Source: an uncultured Myxococcales bacterium (GTDB lineage: Bacteria > Myxococcota_A > Polyangia > JAHFDS01). Taken from it: a stretch of DNA of 64,000 bases. How positions within the stretch are numbered: the first letter of the stretch is position 1; the number at the start of each line of letters is the position of its first letter. Below, one piece after another: positions 37,704 through 46,896 of this stretch. The notes beneath the pieces were generated by a model. That model searched no databases. It saw only the letters and a program-made list of their open reading frames with translations, and was not told the DNA's origin. The translations under genes and the position numbers were made by a program. The stretch spans positions 12,608-76,607 of the forward strand of contig CAZQJC010000111.1 of NCBI GenBank assembly GCA_964593795.1. Direction: 5' to 3'.

Positions 37704-38093
37704 ATGAGCCTGCTCCGCGCCGCCCTTGTCGCCGCCGTCGTCGCCTCGGGCTGCGGCGGCGGCGATCCCGCGGGCCCGGCCGACGCGGGCGCGCGCGACG
37801 CGGCGCTGACCTGCCCGAACGATCTCCCCGCCGCCTGTCCCGCACCCGCACCGAGCTACGCGAACGACGTTGCGCCGCTCATCCAGCGCCGCTGCACGCC
37901 GTGCCACTTCCCGGGTGGCGTCGCCGCGATGGGAATGCACGATCTGTCGACCTACGCGCGCGTGTTCGCGCAGAAGCGCGAGGTGCTGACGCAGGTCTAC
38001 GCGTGCAAGATGCCGCCGGCCGACGCGGGCGCCCCGACGCCCGACGAGCGCAGGACGATGCTCGGCTGGCTCGTCTGCGGGGCCCCCGAGTAG
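37704..38093 (+). CDS. Monohaem cytochrome c lipoprotein
   Basis: Lipobox ASGC; CTPCH; distal KMPP. Confidence 0.82.
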   Translation: MSLLRAALVAAVVASGCGGGDPAGPADAGARDAALTCPNDLPAACPAPAPSYANDVAPLIQRRCTPCHFPGGVAAMGMHDLSTYARVFAQKREVLTQVYACKMPPADAGAPTPDERRTMLGWLVCGAPE

Positions 38094-38094
38094 C

Positions 38095-38279
38095 TCCGAG
38101 CCGGCCACTAGCACGAACGAATAGTCTCGCCGGTCCGTCCGAGGCGAGCGCAGCGAGCCGCACGGGCGTCGCGAGCGCAGCGAGCGAAGACGCAGGGAGG
38201 GGGGCCCAGTTGGGCTGTGCCCAACTGGGGGAGGGGCGGCGCGCCCCTCCTGGTGGCCGGCTTCCGAGCCGGCCACTAG
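38095..38279. repeat. Dispersed palindromic element (family A) flanked by a 17-bp direct repeat TCCGAGCCGGCCACTAG
   Basis: Direct repeats at 38095-38111 and 38263-38279. 38133-38247 is the reverse complement of 46929-47042 with about 6 differences. Confidence 0.85.
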
Positions 38280-39193
38280 TAAGAGGCCCAGCGCAGGCCG
38301 AGCGAGCCGCCTACCCGGCCGGGCTGGTTGTCGCCGAGGTGATCGAAGAGCAAGCCCACGTCGATGCCCGCCTGCGCGGTGAAGTGCTCGCTGAAGTCCC
38401 ACGCCACCGAGAGGCCCACGCCCGAGTCCGCGCGGCCGGAGTTGTCGACCGTGCGCCCGTCGACCGTGAGGGACGACTCCCACGACATGCGCAGGAGCGC
38501 GCCGACCACCACCTTGCCGGGCACCACCTCGAGGCCGCTCGCGAGGCCCACCGCCACGCCGGGCCCGAAGCGCTGCGAGACCTGCGTGTCCGCGCGCTCG
38601 CGCGGCAGGGGGATCGTGGCGCCCACCGTGCCCTGGAGGAACGTGCCGCCCCAGACCTGCTCGAGGATCAGCGCGGGCGAGAGCACCCACGCGCCCCGGC
38701 CCGTGGTGTCGGCGGCGAGCTGGCTTCGCGACTCGTCGACCGGACGCCCGAGCGGCGCGAGGACGCCGAGCGAGAGCGCCACGCCCGGCCACGCGCCCGC
38801 CTCGCCCACGTTGTAGAGGTCGTAGCGCGCCGCGACCTGCGCGTCGCCGAGGCCCCCGCCGCGCTCGCTCCGCAGCGTGCCGTCGCGCTGGTTGAGCACC
38901 ACCGGCAGGAGCGCGTAGAGCTGCACGCGCTTCTGCACGCGCACGAGGCCGAACGCCGAGAGCCGCCACTCGCGCTCACCGTAGCCCTCGAAGCCTCGGA
39001 AGCGACCGTCGGCGTCCCACTGCCCCGGCGCCGTGGAGAACGCGCCCGTCAGCCCGACCGCGCCGTCCTCCCACATGCGCAGGCGCGGCACGCCGACCGA
39101 CGACGACACGCAGCACGCCGCGGCCGCCGCGTCACGCGCGAGCGCGAGCCCACCGAGGCAGATCACGGCCGCCAAGGGCCAGCCGCACCTCAC
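38276..39193 (-). CDS. Putative outer-membrane beta-barrel ('transporter'/MetA-pathway-like) with a Cys-Cys pair at the mature N-terminus
   Basis: Signal peptide then AACC; GGLGD motif; alternating beta-strand pattern; C-terminal GLRWASY. GTGA overlap with the upstream gene. Confidence 0.6.
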   Translation of the reverse strand: MRCGWPLAAVICLGGLALARDAAAAACCVSSSVGVPRLRMWEDGAVGLTGAFSTAPGQWDADGRFRGFEGYGEREWRLSAFGLVRVQKRVQLYALLPVVLNQRDGTLRSERGGGLGDAQVAARYDLYNVGEAGAWPGVALSLGVLAPLGRPVDESRSQLAADTTGRGAWVLSPALILEQVWGGTFLQGTVGATIPLPRERADTQVSQRFGPGVAVGLASGLEVVPGKVVVGALLRMSWESSLTVDGRTVDNSGRADSGVGLSVAWDFSEHFTAQAGIDVGLLFDHLGDNQPGRVGGSLGLRWASY

Positions 39194-39579
39194 GGCACGT
39201 CGACGGGGAACATCTTCTTGCCACGCAGCGCCCCCTGCGTGGCCGTCACGTTGACCTCCCAGCGGCCCACCATGATGAGCGACACGGGATCGGCCTTGTA
39301 CTGCCCGCCGCCGAGATCCTGGATGACCGGGACCTCGGGGCTGCCGTGCCCGTGGGCCGGCATCTCCGGGTCCACGGCGAGCGTCGCCCCCGCCACCGGG
39401 TTGCCCATGAGGTCCTTGAGCGTGAGCGTCATCGTGTTGCGCCCGACGATGGGCGGCGTCTGATCGACCCTCGCCTCGATCACGAAGTCGGACTTCTCGT
39501 AGGGTGGGGCATCGCTGCCGCACGCGGCGGCGACGCACGCGGCGACCAGGATCAAGCAGACGTGGCGTACGGACCGCAT
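39190..39579 (-). CDS. YtkA/FixH-like lipoprotein (MPAHGHG motif)
   Basis: Lipobox AAAC; PEMPAHGHG; LIMVGRWEVNV. Alternative start at 39597. Confidence 0.8.
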   Translation of the reverse strand: MRSVRHVCLILVAACVAAACGSDAPPYEKSDFVIEARVDQTPPIVGRNTMTLTLKDLMGNPVAGATLAVDPEMPAHGHGSPEVPVIQDLGGGQYKADPVSLIMVGRWEVNVTATQGALRGKKMFPVDVP

Positions 39580-39593
39580 CGAGACCTCTCGGT

Positions 39594-39968
39594 TCATTCC
39601 ACGACGGCGAGCACGCCGCCGATCATCATGCCCATCGCACAGCCGAACTTGACGTCGCCCGAGCGAGCCGGTGTGTAGGTCACCTCGACCGCCTTGCCGA
39701 TCGGCAGCTCGGTCGCGCCGGGCTGGCCGTCGAACTGGATCTCGGTCGCGCACGTCTTGCCGACCTCGCGCGTGATGACGAGCCTCAGCGGCACGCCCTT
39801 CCTCGCCGGGATGCGCGCAGGCACGAAGCCCGCGTCGGTCACCTTGACGACCACGCGGTCGCCGCTCGCCGGGGGGCCCGCCACCGGGGCACCCGCCGGA
39901 GGCGGCGCCGGCTGCGACGCGCACGCGAGCAGGCCAGCGGCCAGGAGGAGGAGCGTCGAACAGGTCAT
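39594..39968 (-). CDS. Cupredoxin-domain lipoprotein
   Basis: Lipobox LLAC; KVTDAGFVPARI, KTCATEI and FGCAMGMMIG match CupA/EfeO-type cupredoxins. Confidence 0.82.
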   Translation of the reverse strand: MTCSTLLLLAAGLLACASQPAPPPAGAPVAGPPASGDRVVVKVTDAGFVPARIPARKGVPLRLVITREVGKTCATEIQFDGQPGATELPIGKAVEVTYTPARSGDVKFGCAMGMMIGGVLAVVE

Positions 39969-40121
39969 GCGACATGCATGCCCGCCGGGCACGAGGCTGT
40001 CAAGGCGCCCGCGCGGCACACCCCAGCGTACAACCCGCCTCGCCCCACGCCCTGCGGCGAAACGTCGCAGGGCGCCGCCCCCGGAGTTGCCCCGGCGCGG
40101 CCGACCGCGTCAAATGTGGGC

Positions 40122-41501
40122 GTGTTCCGGGGACGCCGCATCCGCATCCATTTCGTAGGCATCGGCGGCATCGGCATGTCCGGCATCGCCGAGGTGCTGG
40201 TCAACCTCGGCTACGACGTGCGCGGCTCCGACGCGGCCGACCAGGAGACCACGCGTCGCCTGGCGCGCCTCGGCGCGCACCTCCACCGCGGGCACGCGCG
40301 CGAGCACGTCGGCGACGCGGAGGTCCTCGTCGTCTCGAGCGCCATCGGCCCCGACAACCCCGAGGTGATCGAGGCGCGCGCCCGGAAGATCCCGGTCATC
40401 CAGCGCGCCGAGATGCTCGCCGAGCTCATGCGCATGAAGTACGGCGTCGCGGTCGCGGGCTCGCACGGCAAGACCACGACCACCTCGCTCGTCGCCACGG
40501 TCATGATGGCCGCCGGCCTCGATCCCACGGTCGTCGTCGGCGGCAAGCTCAGCGCCTTCGGCTCGTCGGCGCGCCTCGGGGCGGGCGACACGCTGGTCGC
40601 CGAGGCCGACGAGAGCGACGGCTCCTTCCTGCACCTGACGCCGACCGTCGCGGTCGTGACCAACGTCGACCGCGAGCACCTGTCGCACTTCGGCACCTTC
40701 GAGCGCCTGTGCGACGCGTTCCGGCAGTTCGTCGACAAGGTGCCCTTCTACGGCGCCGCGGTGCTCTGCGCCGACCACCCGGTGTGCGCGCAGCTCGCGC
40801 GCGACCTCGAGCGCCCCGTCGTCACCTACGGCTTCGCCGAGGGCGCGGACTTCCGCGGCCGCGACGTGCGCTTTGCGGGCACCACCACGCGCTTCGACCT
40901 CGAGCGCCGCGGCGAGCCGCTCGGCACGTTCGCGATCGCCATGCCTGGCGCGCACAACGCGCAGAACGCGCTCGCCACGCTGGCCGTCGCGGACTTCCTC
41001 GGCATCGACCTCGAGACCGCGCGCGTCGCGCTCGAGGCCTTCGGGGGCGTGGCCCGCCGCTTCACCATCCACGGCGAGGCCGCGGGCGTCCTCGTGGTCG
41101 ATGACTACGGGCACCACCCGGCGGAGATCGAGGCCACGCTCGCGGGCGCGCGCGGCGCCTACCCCGACCGGCGCCTGGTGGTCGCCTTCCAGCCGCACCG
41201 CCACAGCCGCACGCGCGATCTGTTCGACGAGCTCGCCGCCGCCTTCCGCGGCGCGGACCGCGTGCTCCTCGCCGACACCTACGCGGCCGGCGAGGCGCCG
41301 ATCGCGGGCTTCGACGCCGCGCGCCTCGCGCAGGCGATGGCGAGCCACGGCATCGCCGTGACGCACGTCGGGCCGCGCGCCCAGGTGACGCCGGCCGCGG
41401 TCGCGGAGCTGCGCGCGGGGGACCTCTTCCTCGCGCTCGGCGCCGGCGACATCGTGCACTCGGCGGACGAGGTGCTCGCGAGGCTCGCCGCGCGGACATG
41501 A
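40122..41501 (+). CDS. murC: UDP-MurNAc:L-Ala ligase
   Basis: HFVGIGGIGMSG, GSHGKTTTT, EADESD, DDYGHHPAE, FQPHR. Confidence 0.97.
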   Translation: MFRGRRIRIHFVGIGGIGMSGIAEVLVNLGYDVRGSDAADQETTRRLARLGAHLHRGHAREHVGDAEVLVVSSAIGPDNPEVIEARARKIPVIQRAEMLAELMRMKYGVAVAGSHGKTTTTSLVATVMMAAGLDPTVVVGGKLSAFGSSARLGAGDTLVAEADESDGSFLHLTPTVAVVTNVDREHLSHFGTFERLCDAFRQFVDKVPFYGAAVLCADHPVCAQLARDLERPVVTYGFAEGADFRGRDVRFAGTTTRFDLERRGEPLGTFAIAMPGAHNAQNALATLAVADFLGIDLETARVALEAFGGVARRFTIHGEAAGVLVVDDYGHHPAEIEATLAGARGAYPDRRLVVAFQPHRHSRTRDLFDELAAAFRGADRVLLADTYAAGEAPIAGFDAARLAQAMASHGIAVTHVGPRAQVTPAAVAELRAGDLFLALGAGDIVHSADEVLARLAART

Positions 41502-42409
41502 GCGACTGGCGGAGCGAGCTCGCCGCCGCCTGCCGGGGCGAGGTGCGCAGGGACGAGCCCCTCGCGCGTCACACCACGCTGCGCATCGGCGGCCCCGTGG
41601 ACGCCTGGGTGGCGCCGGCCGACCTCGCCGATCTCGCGGCCGTGCGCGCCTTCTGCCACGCGCGGGGCCTGCCGTGCGCGCCGCTCGGCGCGGGCTCGAA
41701 CCTCCTCGTGCGGGACGGCGGCGTGCGCGGGGTGCTCCTCGCGACGGACAACCTGCGCGGCCTCGAGCGCACCGGCGAGGTGATCCGCTGCGAGGCAGGC
41801 GTCTCGACCGGCAAGCTGCTCTCGGTGGCCACGCAGGCCTCGCTCGGCGGCCTCGAGTTCCTCGGCGGCGTCCCGGGCTCGGTGGGCGGGGGACTGCTCG
41901 GTAACGCCGGCACGTACCTCGGCGAGTTCAAGGACGTCACCACCGAGGTCGTCTCCATCGACGCCGCGGGCCGCGAGGTCCGCCGGGACAACGCCGCCTG
42001 CGGCTTCGTCTACCGCGGCAGCGCCCTGCCGCGGAGCGAGATCATCGCCTCCGCGACGTTCACCCTGCGCCCGCGCCCCAGGGCCGAGATCGAGGCCGAC
42101 GTGCGCGCGCTGCGCGACCGCCGCCACGCGCGCGAACCGAAGAAGGTCGCCAACGCCGGCTCCTTCTTCAAGAACCCGCCGGGCGACTTCGCGGGCCGCC
42201 TCATCGAGGCGTGCGGCCTCAAGGGCCGCCGGCAGGGCGCGGCGGAGATCTCGCCCGTGCACGCCAACTGGATCGTCAACACGGGCGGCGCGACCGCGGC
42301 CGACGTCCTGGCGCTGGTGGAGCTGGCGCGCGCCGCGGTGGAGGCCCGCTTCGGCGTCCGGCTCGAGCTCGAGGTCAAGGTGATCGGAGAGGAGACCCAT
42401 GCGGCTTGA
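41498..42409 (+). CDS. murB: UDP-N-acetylenolpyruvoylglucosamine reductase
   Basis: LRIGG, GAGSNLL, PGSVGG, GNAG, AGSFFKNP, HANWIVN, LELEV. Confidence 0.96.
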   Translation: MSDWRSELAAACRGEVRRDEPLARHTTLRIGGPVDAWVAPADLADLAAVRAFCHARGLPCAPLGAGSNLLVRDGGVRGVLLATDNLRGLERTGEVIRCEAGVSTGKLLSVATQASLGGLEFLGGVPGSVGGGLLGNAGTYLGEFKDVTTEVVSIDAAGREVRRDNAACGFVYRGSALPRSEIIASATFTLRPRPRAEIEADVRALRDRRHAREPKKVANAGSFFKNPPGDFAGRLIEACGLKGRRQGAAEISPVHANWIVNTGGATAADVLALVELARAAVEARFGVRLELEVKVIGEETHAA

Positions 42410-43718
42410 CGCATGCATAGCGCTCGCGCTCTGGGCCTTGCCCGCCTGCTCGGCGCTGACGTCCAGGGACCGGCCGGCCGCGGCGGCGGACGGCGCCGCA
42501 GGTCGCTCCGACGGCGGGCGCGGGGGCGCGGGCATGGGGATGGCGGGGGCGGGCGGCGGAGGTACGGGCGGCGGAGTTGCGGGCGGCGGTGGCGCCGGCA
42601 TGGGCGGCGGGGGAAGCCCCGGACCTGGACCGGATGGCCCGGGCTCGTGGCAGCCGATGACGCAAACAGGCGCGCCGTCCCGGCGCGTCTTCCACGGCAG
42701 CGCATGGAACGGAAACCACCTCGCGATCTTCGGCGGCGAGAACGGCAACGGGGTCCCGGTCGCAGACGGCGCGCTCTACGAGCCCGTGGGCGACGTCTGG
42801 CTCCCCCTGCCGACGGCGAACGGCCCGAGCGCGCGGCGCTGGCCCGCCTGCGTGTGGGCCGGCAGCGAGCTCTTCGTCTGGGGCGGCGACGGCAGCGCCG
42901 ACTCCACCGCGCTCCGCGGCGACGGCGCGCGCTACCAGCCGCTCAACGGCCGCGGCACCTGGGCCCCGACACCCGCGGACGGCGCGCCCGGCGCGCGGAT
43001 CCAGCACACGGTGGTGTGGACCGGCTCCGAGGTCCTGCTCTGGGGCGGTTTCACCAACCTGCCGGCCCTCGGTCCGCTCGACGACGGCGCGCGCTACCGG
43101 CCCGGCGATCCCTCCTTCACCCCGATCCCGGGCGGCCAGGGCCCCGAGAAGCGCATGGACCACTCGGCCGTGTGGACCGACAGCGAGATGATCGTCTGGG
43201 GTGGCCACGATGGTCTGCGCACGCCCTACGACAGCGGCGGGATCTTCACGCCCTCGAGCGGCGCCTGGCGACCGACCACCAAGGCCAGCGCGCCGACCCC
43301 GCGCCTCGGCCACGTCGCGGTGTGGACCGGCAGCGAGATGATCGTCTGGGGCGGGCAGGCGCTCGGCATCGGCGACGGGCTCGGGACCGGCGGCGCCTAC
43401 GATCCCACGACCGACAGGTGGCGAATCCTGCCGACGGAGGGCGCGCCGAGCCCCCGCGTCTACACGAGCGCCGCCTGGACCGGCAGCGAGATGATCGTCT
43501 GGGGAGGCGCCATCGAGGTGCCGACGCGACGCACGTTCGGAGACGGCGCGCGCTACCGCCCCGCAGAGGATCGCTGGCTGCCGCTGGCGACGGACGGCGC
43601 GCCCGCGGGCCGTACGTACGCCTCGATCGTCTGGACCCGGAGCGAGCTCATCGTCTGGGGCGGCCTCGCGGAAGGCGGCGCCGTCGCCGACGGCGCGCGC
43701 TGGAGACCCGATCGGTAG
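42399..43718 (+). CDS. Kelch-like seven-bladed beta-propeller lipoprotein
   Basis: Lipobox LPAC, Gly linker, seven WxGSEMIVWGG-type repeats. Confidence 0.85.
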   Translation: MRLDACIALALWALPACSALTSRDRPAAAADGAAGRSDGGRGGAGMGMAGAGGGGTGGGVAGGGGAGMGGGGSPGPGPDGPGSWQPMTQTGAPSRRVFHGSAWNGNHLAIFGGENGNGVPVADGALYEPVGDVWLPLPTANGPSARRWPACVWAGSELFVWGGDGSADSTALRGDGARYQPLNGRGTWAPTPADGAPGARIQHTVVWTGSEVLLWGGFTNLPALGPLDDGARYRPGDPSFTPIPGGQGPEKRMDHSAVWTDSEMIVWGGHDGLRTPYDSGGIFTPSSGAWRPTTKASAPTPRLGHVAVWTGSEMIVWGGQALGIGDGLGTGGAYDPTTDRWRILPTEGAPSPRVYTSAAWTGSEMIVWGGAIEVPTRRTFGDGARYRPAEDRWLPLATDGAPAGRTYASIVWTRSELIVWGGLAEGGAVADGARWRPDR

Positions 43719-43822
43719 TCCCGCTCACACACGCGCATACACAAGAAAACAGGACCGAAAATTGGACCACCGCGATCGGGCGACGCACAGTGGAACCGCC
43801 TCGCCGTCGCGAGGCCGATCCA

Positions 43823-44743
43823 ATGACGACAAGGCGCCGTGTCGGGGTTCTGATGGGTGGTCGCTCCAGCGAGCGCGAGATCTCGCTGCGCACTGGCCGC
43901 GCGGTCGCCGATGCCCTCGAGGCGCGCGGCCACCTGGTGATCCGCGTGGATCTCGACCAGCGCCGCTGGTCGTCCGTGCTCGCGGACGCGCGCATCGACG
44001 TCGCGTGGATCGCGCTGCACGGCACGCTCGGTGAGGACGGCTGCATCCAGGGCCTGCTCGAGATCGAGGGGATCCCCTACACGGGCTCGGGCGTGCTCGC
44101 GAGCGCGCTGGCGATGGACAAGGTCATGTCCAAGCGCGTCTTCGAGTCGAACCGGATCCCGACGCCCGCCTGGCGCATCGTCACCGAGCCGGCCGACGCG
44201 CTCGCCGTCGGCCTCCCCGTCGTCGTCAAGCCGTCGGAGGAGGGCTCGTCGGTAGGCGTCACGCGCGTGCTCGAGGAGCGGGACCTCGGCGCCGCGATCG
44301 ACGTCGCGAGGAGGCTCCACGGCGTCGTGCTCGCCGAGCGGATGATCGCCGGCAACGACTTCTCGGTCGGCATCCTCGGCGAGACCGTGCTCGGCACGGT
44401 CGAGATCCGCCCCAAGAACGCGTTCTACGACTACGAGGCCAAGTACGAGCGCAAGGACACGGAGTACCTGTGCCCCGCGCCGCTGCCGCCGGAGATCGAT
44501 CGCGCGATGCGCGACGCCTCGCTCGCGGCCCACCGCGCCCTCGGGTGCAAGGGCTACAGCCGCGTGGACGCCATCGTGACGCCGGATCACCAGGAGATGG
44601 CGATCCTCGAGGTGAACACGCTGCCCGGCATGACGGCGACGAGCCTGCTGCCCAAGATGGCCGCGGCCGCCGGCCTGAGCTACGGCGAGCTGTGCGAGCG
44701 GATCCTCGAGGGCGCCTCGCTCGAGGCCGGGAGGCGCGCGTGA
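43823..44743 (+). CDS. ddl: D-Ala-D-Ala ligase
   Basis: GGRSSEREISL, LHGTLGEDG, PYTGSG, EGSSVG, YDYEAKY, LEVNTLPGMT. Confidence 0.97.
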   Translation: MTTRRRVGVLMGGRSSEREISLRTGRAVADALEARGHLVIRVDLDQRRWSSVLADARIDVAWIALHGTLGEDGCIQGLLEIEGIPYTGSGVLASALAMDKVMSKRVFESNRIPTPAWRIVTEPADALAVGLPVVVKPSEEGSSVGVTRVLEERDLGAAIDVARRLHGVVLAERMIAGNDFSVGILGETVLGTVEIRPKNAFYDYEAKYERKDTEYLCPAPLPPEIDRAMRDASLAAHRALGCKGYSRVDAIVTPDHQEMAILEVNTLPGMTATSLLPKMAAAAGLSYGELCERILEGASLEAGRRA

Positions 44744-45603
44744 AGCTCGGCAAGCACGCCAACAAGCGCCGCCGCGCCACGCGGGCACCGGGCGAGCCGC
44801 TCGGTCCGCGGATAACGGCGCGCCTGCGGGGCCTCGGCGCCACCATCGTGCGCGCGGGCCGCCCGGCGCTCAAGGCCTCGGCCGCCATCGGCGTCGCCGC
44901 GATGCTGGTGGGCGGCGGGCTCGGCGCCTGGCGCCTCGTCGAGCGCTCGCCGCGCTTCGCGATCGGCGAGATCCGCCTCCCGCCGCTCGAGCGCGTCACC
45001 GTGAGCGACGTCGAGCGCGCGCTCGACGCGAAGGTCGGACAGAGCCTGCTCGGCGTGCGGGTCACCGCCGCGGAGCGGGCCATCGCGGCGCTGCCCTGGG
45101 TGAAGTCGGTGCACGTCCGGCGCGAGTTGCCGCGGACCCTCTCGGTCGAGATCGTCGAGCGCAAGCCGGTGGCTCTCGTCGCGCTCGGCGGCCCGCTCTA
45201 CCTCGTCGAGAAGGACGGCGTGCCGTTCAAGCGCGCGCAGGTGTCCGAGACCGAGGGCCTGCCGATCATCACGGGCATCTCGCGCGAGCGGTACCGCGCC
45301 GTCCCCGAGGCCGCCCACGCGCTCGTCCGCGAGGCGCTCACGGTCGCGGACGCCTACGCGCAGGCGGGCTCGAGGCCGCGACTCGGCGAGATCCACGCGC
45401 ACCCGCTGCGGGGCTTCGAGATCGAGGCGGTGCCGGCCGGGGGACGCGCGGTGCGCGTCTACCTCGGCAAGGGCGACCTCGAAGGCAAGCTGCGCCGGCT
45501 CGATCAGGTGCTCGGCAAGGTCGGCGGGGCGGGCGCGACGAGCGTGAGGCTCGACAACGCGTCCCGGCCCGACCGCGTCACGGTTCGACTCGCGTCAGGC
45601 TGA
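44740..45603 (+). CDS. ftsQ: Cell division protein FtsQ/DivIB
   Basis: TM segment, POTRA (LPWVKSVHVRRELP, ERKP), position before ftsA. Confidence 0.9.
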   Translation: MKLGKHANKRRRATRAPGEPLGPRITARLRGLGATIVRAGRPALKASAAIGVAAMLVGGGLGAWRLVERSPRFAIGEIRLPPLERVTVSDVERALDAKVGQSLLGVRVTAAERAIAALPWVKSVHVRRELPRTLSVEIVERKPVALVALGGPLYLVEKDGVPFKRAQVSETEGLPIITGISRERYRAVPEAAHALVREALTVADAYAQAGSRPRLGEIHAHPLRGFEIEAVPAGGRAVRVYLGKGDLEGKLRRLDQVLGKVGGAGATSVRLDNASRPDRVTVRLASG

Positions 45604-45678
45604 CGCGGGTGAAGCATTCGGTTTTCGCTCGCGCCCCGGCGCGGGCAGGGCTTTCACAGCTCGAAACGAGAGGGTTCG

Positions 45679-46896
45679 ATGGGAAAGAGCTCTGAGATCA
45701 TCGTCGGCCTCGACATCGGCACCACCAAGATCGCGGCGCTCGTCGGCGAGGTGACCGACGAGGGCATCGACGTCATCGGCGTGGGCACCGCGCCGTCGAC
45801 GGGGCTGAAGAAGGGCGTCGTCGTGAACATTGACGCCACGATGTCGGCCATCAAGAACGCGGTCGAGGAAGCCGAGCACATGGCCGGCTGCGAGATCTCG
45901 GTCGTCTACGCCGCGATCGGCGGCGCGCACGTGCGGTCGATGAACTCGCACGGCACGGTGGCGGTCAAGGACAAGGAGGTCCGCGGCGCCGACGTGGCGC
46001 GCGTGCACGAGACCGCGCGCGCGGTGCCGCTGCCGCAGGACCGCGAGATCATCCACGTGCTCCCGCAGGAGTACATCGTCGACGATCAGGACGGCGTCCG
46101 GGAGCCGCTCGGCATGTCGGGCGTGCGCCTGCAGGCCAAGGTCCACATCGTCACGGCCGCCGCGCCGAGCGTGCAGAACATCATCAAGTGCTGCAACCGC
46201 TGCGGCCTCACAGTCGCCGGCATCGTGCTCGCCCCGCTCGCGTCGTCGTACGCCGCGCTCGACGAGGACGAAAAGGAGCTCGGCGTCGCGCTCCTCGACA
46301 TCGGCGGCGGCACCACGGACCTCGTCATCTTCCTCGACGGCTCCGTCGTGCACACGGCCGTCCTCGGGGTGGGCGGCAACCAGATCACGAGCGACATCGC
46401 GTACGGCCTGCGCACGCCGCTCCACGAGGCCGAGCGAGTCAAGCAGCGCTACGGCTGCGCGATGGCGGCGCTGGTCGACAAGGACGACAAGATCGAGGTG
46501 CCCGCCGTGGGCGGCCGCCCTGCGCGCGAGCTGCCGCGCCAGACGCTGGCGGAGATCGTCGAGCCCCGCGTCGAGGAGATCTTCGGTATGGCGCAAAAGG
46601 AGATCGAGCGCAGCGGCTTCGCCGATCGTCTCGCCTCCGGCGCCGTCATCACCGGCGGCACGGTGAGCCTCGACGGCATGACCGAGCTCGCCGAGGAGGT
46701 GCTCGGCCTTCCCGTCCGTCGCGGCGCGCCCAAGCGCATCGGGGGCCTCGTGGACGTGGTCAAGGCGCCGAGCTTCACGACCGGCGTGGGCCTCGTGCTC
46801 TACGGCGCCAAGCAGGTGGAGGCCGCCGTGGCGACGCAGGAGCGCCGCGGCCGCTCGATGGGCCGGCTCCGCGGCTGGTTCTCCGAGATCTTTTGA
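45679..46896 (+). CDS. ftsA: Cell division protein FtsA
   Basis: GLDIGTTKI, GLKKGVVVNI, REPLGMSGVRL, LDIGGGTTD, VITGG. Confidence 0.98.
   Translation: MGKSSEIIVGLDIGTTKIAALVGEVTDEGIDVIGVGTAPSTGLKKGVVVNIDATMSAIKNAVEEAEHMAGCEISVVYAAIGGAHVRSMNSHGTVAVKDKEVRGADVARVHETARAVPLPQDREIIHVLPQEYIVDDQDGVREPLGMSGVRLQAKVHIVTAAAPSVQNIIKCCNRCGLTVAGIVLAPLASSYAALDEDEKELGVALLDIGGGTTDLVIFLDGSVVHTAVLGVGGNQITSDIAYGLRTPLHEAERVKQRYGCAMAALVDKDDKIEVPAVGGRPARELPRQTLAEIVEPRVEEIFGMAQKEIERSGFADRLASGAVITGGTVSLDGMTELAEEVLGLPVRRGAPKRIGGLVDVVKAPSFTTGVGLVLYGAKQVEAAVATQERRGRSMGRLRGWFSEIF

Noticed and set aside
34338-39968. Treating the Cu/haem island as a mobile element
   Set aside because: No integrase, transposase, tRNA target or flanking direct repeats, and no obvious compositional shift.
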